Shown here piece by piece: positions 34,463 through 45,800 of a stretch of DNA of 64,000 bases. Made by a program: the position numbers and the translations under genes. The notes under the pieces were generated by a model that worked only from the letters and a program-made list of their open reading frames with translations, was not told where the DNA came from and made no database searches. How positions within the stretch are numbered: the stretch's first letter is position 1; every line of letters begins with the position of its first letter. This DNA comes from Paraspadella gotoi (taxonomy: Eukaryota; Animalia; Chaetognatha): assembly GCA_051294375.1 (NCBI GenBank), contig CM119266.1:6527431-6591430 (forward strand), written 5' to 3'.

Positions 34463-35578
34463 ATGGCTGCTGGACTCAGCTCACGCACAGCTGATAGCCC
34501 TTCTAGGCCTCCAGGGCCAACTTCACAGAGTCCCAGAGTGGTTCACCCGACGATGGACCGTCTCAAAATTCTCTACCCTCACGTCAACGAAGTCGAAACC
34601 CCTCTTCCGCGGTCCTGGAGTCCCAAAGACAAGTACAATTATATAGGACTCTCCCAGAACAATCTTCGCGTTCACTACAAAGGTGAGTCTTTGTCTCCTC
34701 CATTGTTCCCTGGGTCCCCGATAACACTATTATTCCTTTTGCATAATTGAATTAAAGGTTTTTGGTCAGTTAGTGGAACTCCTTGGAAACTAGTTGCTGT
34801 TATTTTCTGGAAGTTTAGTTGCAAAAGTTATTGCGCAATATCATAAACCAAATTGCTTGTATTGTCTTTGTCTTGAACCCGAATCCAATTTTCCTATTGA
34901 ACTGCGCAGAATTTCCTTATTTGTCCAACTTCTCATTTTGCTCGAAAATAGAATTAGTTTGATTTGGTTATGTAATTAGTAAAATATTAAAGTTTTAAAT
35001 TTTATTGTTTGCTATGTCTATCCGATCGTACAAAATGATCAAAACTCAGATGCTTCTAATATAAAATTTAAACATATTATTTTCTTGAAATTCTACTCTG
35101 ATTATTATTAATATTAGTATAATTATTAATAAAATGAAAGAACTTGACCTAATGAGCTTGGTATTCTATTGCTTTGTAACAAATAAAACTTTTTCTCGAA
35201 AGTACCCCCCAAAAAATTGCATCTAAATGCAAATATTTAGTATTAATTTTATATCAATTAAGCTTGCTTTATTTATTTCCTCTCGTATTTTAGTTCTTTA
35301 ATGCTTAGTCTTATTTATTCTTTCTATGATTAGTATGGGATCCAATTTGTGCGTTATATCGATACTTTATATCTAGGTCACTTTTACAAAAAGTACCTAT
35401 GAATTTGCATTTTTGACTCTGAGCTCTTCAGAAGGAGCGAAAGAAAGAAGCTTAAATTATTCTTTAAATCCTCAGTTAATCCTTTCCGACCGGTTTCTCT
35501 CTGCTCCTTTTCTCCGTACTATACAGTCCTAATGATTTGGAAATTGGATTTATTTTTTGTCTCTGGCGCCCCGTCGCG

Positions 35579-35617
<39 letters not shown>

Positions 35618-37495
35618 CTTACCCAGGAGTCGGCAAGACCCCAAAGGACGCAGCGTCAGTGCGCGCGACCCACCCGATCCCCGCCTCCTGCGGCATCTAC
35701 TATTTCGAAGTCAAGATCCACAGCAAAGGACGCGATGGGTGAGTCGACGTCGACCGAGAGGACGGTTGGAGTGTGGAGGGTCTTTAGTTTTTGAGGGTTG
35801 AATCTTGCGCTACCCCTACCCCAAAGGGGTATCATAGTATTGGCTTGGCAGAATGTCTCGATTTCAACCGGGGGAGGGATAGGTCGTCGGCAGCTTTGTA
35901 TAGTCAGTCTGAGCAGTCTCAGTGAGCACCCTGTAATCTAATCTATATTATATCAGAGGAGCTACACGACAGTAATCAGGAAACACGAGAACCCAACGCC
36001 TCTCCTATTATATCTAATGGTTCTTGATAGCTGAAGGGGAAATGGGTAATATATCAAAATAAAACACAAACGCGTAAGAAAATGTTTTATTTGTCAATAT
36101 ATAATTAAATATTCAAATAAATTAGTAATCTTCACGGAAGTTTCTTCCTTACATCGAGACGGTTCGTGACAAGGTCTGTTTTAGTCTGTTTTTTGGTCAT
36201 AGGTTTTTATAGTAAATGTTATTAATTTGTTTAAAAAACTCTTTTGACAAATGTTTTGGGTTGTATCTCCTTTGCGTTCAGTTCATATTCAACATGCCAA
36301 TATTCATATATCTGATTTAAGAATTCAGCAAATATAAAAAATTCAGCGACGTCGATGAATGATCCGCCTGATTTTGAGCCGTGATCCTTGACGGTCTCTG
36401 TCTATCTATCCGTTCGACCGATCGTTATCTTTATCTTCCAGATACATGGGCATCGGCCTTTCGGCCCAAGGGGTCAACATGAACCGCCTGCCCGGCTGGG
36501 ACAAGAACTCTTACGGTTACCACGGCGACGACGGGCATTCCTTCTGCTCGTCGGGCACGGGGCAGCCTTACGGCCCGACCTTCACCACTGGCGACGTCAT
36601 CGGCTGCTGCGTCAATCTCATCGAGAACACCTGCTTCTACACCAAGAACGGGATCCACCTCGGCACCGCCTTCACGGATCTTCCGGTTGGTTTCTTTGCT
36701 GGGTTTTGTGGAGTCATATTAGACTTGTCAATTTGTCGTGGTTCGGAGGATGAATTAGCCGAGAAGTGCCAAAAGTCTATTCAAATTTTTCTCATTACGT
36801 AATTGTCCGACGAAAGTCTAACAAGAACCTTCCTGAAAATTATATAAACTATAATATTATTTCTAAAAATTTCGAACATTCCACATTCCACAAATCTTCT
36901 AATCTTTTAAAAATGTTCAGTTATCAGTATGTTTGAGAATTATTCAGAATCTTCCAGAGACTTAAAGAAACCTTCGAAAACCTACCGAAAATATTTAGGA
37001 ACTTCCAGAAGCCTTCAGAAACATTTCAGAATTCAAACATGAGGGTCCGGTCTGGGCATGTATTAACAAAACCGGAGCAAATCCGTTCTTTCAAATTTTT
37101 TTACCTTTGGAAATGTATATAACTCATTACGACTCCCAAACTGGCGCATAATTCAATTACAGAAAACTTTTTAAATTTTTAAAAATTTTTAAGCATCTCT
37201 TCGCGCGCTTGACAGCGACCTTTTTTCGATATTACAAATTTGGTTTGCAAACTGTGGGATTGTCGAAAATTGGAAACAAAAGAAAACATTTTTAATTAGC
37301 GGTTATAAGTCGATTTACGAAAGTACACTTAGGATGGACAGGCTTTTAAACCACATCTATATATAATCGAACTGAACATTAACGAATTTGATTGAAAGAA
37401 GTCAGCGTTATAAATATTATATTATATTTTGCTATTGCTATTTATTATCTATAGTTTTCGTTCTTGTCTTTTAATTTTTCCTGACATCTTCATCG

Positions 37496-37571
<76 letters not shown>

Positions 37572-39545
37572 AGCTCTCATCAACTTGTTCACTCTAATCC
37601 CCATTCCCCCCACGTCCTCCAACTCCAGCCGAACCTGTACCCGACGGTGGGGCTTCAAACTCCCGGCGAAGTCGTCGACGCCAACTTCGGCCAATCCCCG
37701 TTCGTCTTCAACATCGAAGACTTGATGCGCGAGATGCGCGCGCGAACACGCGCTCTCTACGAGCGAATCCCCGTCCCCGACACGCAGGGCGAGTGGCAAG
37801 ACACCATACAGAAGTGAGTGGTGGGCACAACCGTTTGGGTTGTGTGAGGGGTTACTACGGCTGCGGCAGCCTTTTGAATCAGTTTCTTTTCTCTGACTAA
37901 AATGCCCATTTAAAATCTATGGACAATTAACTCGGTTCACCGATCAAATCACACTATACTCTTCTCATTATAGATTTTTTAACAACTTCAAAATATAAAT
38001 GAAATTTTGAAACAAAAAAAAAAATGGTATTCAATCCTAAGATGTGTGTGACGGGATCCTTGAATTAACGATGAGTCGTTTCTCAACCCCCCCTTCCTCA
38101 GAATGGTCTCCTCCTACCTCGTTCACCACGGCTACTCGTCGACGGCCGAATCTTTTACGCGACAAGCCGGACAGCCTTTCCATCAGGCGAGACCCATAGA
38201 TGATCCGTTGTCAATGACTCAATCATTATTAAGGGAAGACGGATCCATTGATTTAAAAAAATTTACGAAAAAATTTGANNNNNNNNNNATCCGTCTTCCC
38301 TTAACAGGGTTTATATGTTGCGGCCTTCTCGAAAATTGGTAAAGTTTAACTGGAATAACTTTTTTTGAATTGGTGATGGATATTTGAAATTTATTTCTTT
38401 TTCTGTTACGAAATGACAAACACATTACGTATAGTCAACGTAAATTGCTATGGATATACTTTGAATAGATGAAAAATAACTTTTTTCTATCGTTAACGAT
38501 GAAAATGAATTTGTTTTCCCAGGACATCTCTTCGATGCGGACGCGACAGAGAATTCTTCGTCTCGTGATGAACGGAAGAATCGGCGAAGCCATCGCCTCC
38601 GTCGACGTCGAATATCCTGGGCTCATGGACCGCAATCCCGATCTGCTCTTCAGGTGGGGGGGAATGGCGTTGGCAGGGCAAGGCATGGCAAGGCATGGCC
38701 AGGCATGGCATGGCTTGGAAGTGTCGAAATGATCGTTGTTAGGGGGGGGCTTAGCCATTTTAAATGAAAGATGTAGAAAAAACTTATCCAATTCATGATT
38801 TGATGGTTTTATATTCAGAATGAAAGTGCGTCAATTCATCGAGATGGTCAATGGAACTGAAAGCAGCGTCTCGCCGTCCTCCAAAGGCGACGCCGCTCGA
38901 GGAGGAGGCGTCAACGGCGTCGCCTCGTCCTCCAATGGTCTCCTCAGTCCCAACGGTTCGAAAATCTTTGGAATTATCACATCGTCTCTTTTTTTCTTTT
39001 TTTTTTATATTATTTCTATTTTTATAACATTGTGTAATTTTATCTATTTTCTCCATTCTATCCGCTTTTGTTTCCACTTCTTTCCATTTAATTCTCTCTC
39101 TCTATATCTTTCTCTCTCTCTCTATCTTTCTCTCTCTCTATCTTTCTCTCTCTCTCAGGCACGACCCCCACTTCCCTCTCGCCGGCGGGATCCTGCTCAG
39201 GCTCCTGTCCACCCTCCCCAAATTCCCACCACGCCGGCCAATGTCAGGGAGTGTCGTCAAACCCCAAGAACCGGCACAACCTGGCCTCCAACCTCAAGCA
39301 CGGCCGCGGTTCCGCCGCCAAACCCGGATCCGCCGCCGCCGCCGCCAAGTCCGCCAACTCGCGCCACGGAAGTCCCTTTGGCGCCACGGAGGCAGAGATG
39401 AACGACGCCAACCACGCCATGAATGGTAGCGGCGGAGGCGGCGGCGACGGCTCGTCTACTCACATCATTCAGGATTTAGGTGATCATCTCGTCTGGTTTA
39501 TACTTTTTCTTGGGTTTGTTTTTCTTTCTTTATTGAGATTCATCC

Positions 39546-39589
<44 letters not shown>

Positions 39590-39789
39590 TTCCCCGCCCA
39601 CCCTCGCCAGGCTCGGACGGTCTCCCTCTCTTGGCCAGCAACGGCGCTCAAGGCGGCCTCACGGCGGCGGCGGTGATGGCATCGCTCAATGGCGCCTCTG
39701 GTGCTACGACGGCCGGCGGCGACAATGGCCACGCCCTCGTCGGTGCCGGAGACGAGAGGATGGACGACGACGACGAGGGGATGGGTGGG

Positions 39790-39828
<39 letters not shown>

Positions 39829-42800
39829 CTTATTCGTTTGTTCGTTCATTCATATCTTCCAGTATTTATCCGTTCGTTTATTNNNNNNNNNNTTCATTCA
39901 TTCGTTCATTTATTTCTTTCATTCATTCCTTCCTACAGAGATCGACGGCGCCGACAGCACGACGACGTCGGCGAATTCCCACTCCAGTTCGCCTTCGCTA
40001 TCGGTGGCGGCGCCATCCCTTTCTTCCGGCGCCGCGCCGCCCCCGCCGTCTCTCCACCACCCGTCGCCTTTCCCGCCTCACGCCTCGTCCCCCGGCGCGC
40101 CCGACGCCGCCGCCGGATCTCGTTCGCCAACTTCCGCCCCTTCCGCCGCCACTCGACATTACGCCACACAAAATACAACAGGTTAACTACTCGGTGTGTG
40201 GCGGTATGAGCACCGTTATCACCTTCGACTGCAGTGCTGCTGAATCGTGAAGAGAAATGTTTCGGAAAAACTCGTCAGTTTTTCAAATGTAAATTTATTA
40301 TTCATATAGCCAAAGAACAAACTAGAAATTGTCAACAGTAGCTCATGAATGACCCCACGAAATCCTTATCGCCGTCGCCTCTTTACTTCCCTTTGGGCGG
40401 CGACTTGGGGGGCGACTTAGCACCGCCTTTTGCCGGAGTCTTGGGCTGAGCGACTTTTGTGAGAGACGAGGATGCCAAGTCGGTCATGACGTATTTCGCC
40501 GTTTGAGGCTGTTAAATGTCAACCTTGCAAGTTTTATCTTCTCTTTGCATTGAGGTCTCTCTCTCTCCCTCTCCCATCCCCCTCCCCCCCTCTCCCACCC
40601 CCCTCCCCCTTCCCCTCCCCACTCACTTGAAACCTAAACTCTCTGACGGCGTCGAATCCTTCGCCGATTTGAATGTTGCTCCCGACGGAGGTAACTCCGC
40701 GGAAGGAGATCGTTGAAGCCGATGACGATTTTTTATTCAGCGGAATGTTTTTGAGGCCGAATCGATTTTGGGCGCAAAACTTGCACCTGGAACAGTCGTA
40801 TCTTATATCACATTACTACAAGAAAGAATTTTTTCGCCCTGATTCTCACCAGACTCGATGCTTCTCCGCCATATAAAAGCTTTGTTGTCCAATGAGGTTC
40901 TTTTGACAAGTTTTGCACTTCATGCAGTCCCAGTGACAGATGTAATCCTCAAAGAGAAAGTCTTCCGGGTGCATACCGTCCGGGAACGCTGAAGGCAGAA
41001 AACGATGATTTGAAATATGTAATAATTTTCTCTAAAGATCTTTTATTATTTGTTTCTTTTTCTTTGACTCGCTCACCAAAGGCTTTGCTGGCGGTGATCT
41101 TCGCCGCGCCTCCGCCCTTTCCCGCCTGATGAGCCTGTAACTTCATCTGCGACTGTTTGAGACTTTCTTCCAGCGAGGATCTGGACTCCTTTGCTGAAAA
41201 GGGTTAAAGGTGGTCGCTAGTCAGCAGATGTAGCATGACTTAAATCGATGTTTGCTAAGTTTCTTACAAGCTTTTTCACGTTTTTTCAAAGGCCCTTTGC
41301 AGACGTGGCAGATTTCCATGTCGTAGATGTTCTTAAAGCACTCCTGGCAGTATTGTTTTCTGGCGACCTGTTTTAAGACTCATTCTAAACGTCTTTAAAA
41401 GCCACTATTAAGCATAGACCAAATCCCACCAAAAGATTCCTCGGTTCTTCCTCTTCTTCCCCTTCTCCCTCTCCGAACAACGCCTCCGGGGCGCCGCCCT
41501 CCGTCATCGGCTCGGACGGCGCCCCGTCCGGCGACGACGGCGGTTCCGGCGTCGGCTCTTCTTCGCTTTCCGGCCCCCCCTCGGGTATTTCCGGCTCTGC
41601 CAAGGGAATAACCCGATATTTATTTAATTATTACGGTTATCACGAATTGTTCGGTTGTTAGATACGATTTTATAAAAGAAAGATATATATGAATATTTGT
41701 TTGACATTGAATTCTCAATTGCTCATACGATAAATACAATGTTTTGTACCCGGCTCCAACATGTGGGTCGAATCGACGAGGCTCCTGCCGCACTCGTCGC
41801 AAACGTCCACCATGTCGACGCAGTTTCTGTGGTATTTCCGTCCTGAAACCCATTGTTCAATTTAATGTCCTTTATGTCATATGACTTTTACTATGTAAAT
41901 CAACGGGCTGACGACCTCTGTAGTATTTTCCTCCTTGAGGTTCTATCAACTCTTTACAGTAAGGACACTTTTCCGCATCGGCGAACAGACATTCCTCGCA
42001 GAAAAATAGTTTGCATTCTTTGTTTTTGAAGAATTTGACTTGAAAGTCTCCCAAGTTACGGTTACACTTCATACACTGCAATCAGGGTTAAATTGAGGGA
42101 AATGAGTGGAGTGGCCTCTAATGGTGTACATTTTACTAGTATACCACTAAACAATCGTTGTGCATCGGTTTCTTCTCGCATCTTCTCGCGTCGTCGTAAT
42201 TGTGAATCGTCTCCTCGCAAACTACGCAACTGAGTTTTCCTCTGGTCGCCAGCGTTTCTTGTGGAATTCCTTGGTCCTGATTTGCGATTATAGTCGCTTT
42301 GGGCCTTTTGTTGTATTTTTGTGGTATTTTTTTTAGCAAACTGACCTCCATCTCTGCAATGAACTGGGCCTCTTTAATGGCCTCAATAAGCTTTTCCAAA
42401 TCCGTATCTCCATCAGTTGAAGTTTCTTTCTCGAATTTCCACGGCATTTCGGAAAGAATGAGATAAAGACAAAGAATGCTAGATGTAGAAAGAAAGTTAT
42501 TGCTATAAAGAGTATTTAAAAATCCTTTTTTAATGGCTTTTTTTCATAAATATTCAGCGACCTCATCACTGTCTGGCACGCCTACCTCCGCCGGAAACGC
42601 CGCCGCCGCATCCTCATCCTCATACCAAAACCATCGCCACTCTCCTTATCCTTCTCCGAACAATATTACTACCAACTCTCAATCTAATATTCATCATAAT
42701 CAGAGGTTAATATTATTCGATTGGAGTAATATTATATGAGAGACTGTGATCCTTCACTTTGCTTCATCTCCTTTCCCCAATAGTTATTCTCAGTGCGGAT

Positions 42801-45800
42801 CGGGGAAAAGCTCTTCCGGCGGCGGAGCGGCGTCCGGCCAACGGCAGCTGTGCGGCGGATCGCAGCGCGCGATCGAGCAGATGTTACAATTTGGCAGGTG
42901 ATTTCACGATCGAGACTGTCGAGAGCGCCTTTGGTTTCATTTATTCCTTATCGTCTCCGCGAAACCTTTTCTAGGGAACTTCATGCGATGAGCGTCCAAT
43001 TAAGAAGAACGTATGGCAAGAACGAAGTCAACAAACAGATGTTACAAGAGGCCTTCAGTCTGCTCGCTTACGCCGACCCCTGGAACAGTCCCGTCGGTGG
43101 TCAGCTCGACCCCGCCAAACGGGAGACCATCTGCTCAGCACTCAATTCCGCAATTTTAGGTGATTTAAGAAAAGTTTTGTCTGAGGATTGCTGTTTTTGT
43201 GGTTGTCTTGCACAAACGCCATTTTTTTCTCGATAGCTAACTAGATTTCAACTAAATTATGAATAAACTGTCCTATTTTCTTCGTTAAGACAAAAAATTT
43301 ACATAAATAATTTCGTTAAGGTTTATTTAAGAAATATACAAATATTTAAACAAAACGTTTTTAGTCTAAAACAAACAATCAACGCTTTTTCACACGTTAA
43401 TGACCGGCTTGTAGGAGAGTTGGCCCTCTTTCCAGCGTCTCTTCAACTCCTGGGCAAAATTTTAAGCAACGAATGAGTTGGAATTATGGGGTGAAGGAAT
43501 TGTGATTAGTAATTAATGATTGTTTGGAGAAGTGTACTGGTCAAATTGTTAATGGATTAAGTGAGACTCGTTCACTTTCACGGCATCCTTTGCTCAAATT
43601 CACCTTCGTCAAAAGTTTTCTCTCTTTTGTGGCGCCGATCATCACCGCTCGATTCTCCTGCGCCCGACGACACAAATAGGGCACGACCTCCTCAATGGGA
43701 CCGTAGGGCACGTACTTGTATACGGAATATCTAAAAACCCCAGGGTGGTTAAAATGTTGGCCTTTGGACTTTAGCTTCCCTGATTTCGAATCCACTCTCA
43801 CCCAGCGGCTCCGAGTGAGAAGCTTAGTTGATCGCACATTCCTAGTAGCTGGCCGAAGTTGACGATGTGGTCCTCGGGGGTGATTCCCAGTTCGTTCATC
43901 CGCTTAGTAGAGAAGAGTCATGCATACATACACACCTTAAGCCACCATACTGTAAATATTTTAAAGATAGTTTAGTTATTAAAAGAATGAAAAGTTTTTG
44001 TATTGGTTCAACTAGTATCACACAATAACTCGGTACAGAGTAAAGGATATCACTTAACCTTGACGGCGAATCTGACAGAGTCCTCATTGTGTGAGGCTAA
44101 CATAAAGGAGATTCTCGAAGGGTTTTGCTTGGCGGCTCTCGTCATGCACATGTCGATAACTCTGTGAGAAGTGTGGTTCAAACAAGCGCTTGGCTTTGGA
44201 AATCTGGTTCATTCCCTTACCCATTGTACATAGCGTTGGTGGACTCGTAGTCAGGATTTATTGGGTCAGGATAGCCCATAGCCTTCGCCCTCTCTCGTTC
44301 TTGCTCCATGTAGGCTCCTCTGACAAACTACAAGCGACAGAAATGTATAGTATGTAAATTTGTCTATTGGCAATTCTGGTTTTATTTTTTCTGAGTACCT
44401 TGCAGGCAAAGTGAAAGTTTTCCCTCTCTGAGAGAGCGAGGTCTTCTTTGACGTTGTCTTTGGTGTCTCGTCGGTAGCATTGATAGGTGTTGTAAACCAA
44501 AGGTTTTTCTTTGTTGAAGACCTGTTATTAATTATCTCATTTGCAATTTGATTCTTTAAACGACCGGATCAACCGGTACTAACCCTTTGCATTTCGAGGG
44601 TAAGTCTTGAGATGGCCGTCTGAAAGTAAGTCTGCTCCGCATCGACCATCACCCTCACTCCTCTATCCTCTGCGTGTTCGATCACCGCGTTGATTCGGTG
44701 AATCATCCTCTTCATCTGTCGCTCTTCCTCTCTCGTTAGTCCTTTTTAGAATTTGTAGATTTTCCATCTTACTTTAAAGTAATACTATTTCTTTCCCTCT
44801 GGCCTTCTTTTTTTCTTACCCTTGCCAATGTGTTGGAGTTGTCCGGTTTCTTCATTGGCCACAGTGAAAATCGGCGCCAAACTTTTGTTTATGTCTCTCA
44901 AAGATTTCCAACTCAGGAGATCTTGATCGTCTTCGGATTTTATGGTGATCCTGTTCGTGAAAGTTAGATACAGTGAGATACAGATACCACGAGAGTTACA
45001 CCGCTATGTGCTGTTTAAACGTTTTCCAACCCATTTGTTGCGCACCACAACTGATGGCATTAGTAGTGTCAAAAAAATTACCAAAGGAAAATGATTCATT
45101 TCAAAAGGCACTTATCTGTCACTGTGTGAAAAAAAGAGAGTCTCGTAATAGTTACATGAAAAAACCCGTTCATTCAATATTTATGCAAAGAGAGTTCGAA
45201 CCCCCCCCTCTACCTAGGGACGTCGTCGTCTCGAAAAGCTGGGACGGCGCCCAACGTTTTGATGACGCTCATCTTCAGTTTCTCGTATTCCTGATGAAAA
45301 ACCAAATTTGTCATACTCTTCCCCTTGAGTGACTTTAATCAAGAGCCTGATATACTTTTTTCCCTTCCAAGTCGACAACCATTAATCTTCTTTCCTCGGG
45401 ACTCAAAACGTAATCGCTGTTTGTGTCGTATTTTCTAAATAGTGTATCGATGTCGCCCACGGAATATCCAAGTTTGCTGAGTTGGTTGTGCCACGTTTCG
45501 TAGTCCATGTCCCCGCTTGGTCCCTGAAAATCATTTCTGTCAAAAAAAAAAAACCGAATTGTTTTGCTTAAATTTTTGAAAGGCAATTACCTCAATGTTG
45601 TCAACTGCTCTTTTGGAGACCTTTTGATAATATTGCTTGTTCTTAACCAACACCTCGGAGACGTTGAGCAAGAGTTTGGGTTTGCCGAGAGCGGTGATTT
45701 TGATGGCGGCGAAGCCCGCGCCGCCCGTCGTTCCCTGCACCGCATCGATGCTGTCCATGAAGATTCCTTGAAGCCACGCCTCAGAGTTTGAATCATTTTT

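Noticed and set aside
43161-43470. RANBP9 ending by read-through (stop 43236) or via an AG at about 43414
   Set aside because: Neither product resembles the family C-terminus, and 43390-43451 is the PRODH last exon on the other strand. A well-matching terminal exon exists at 47991.
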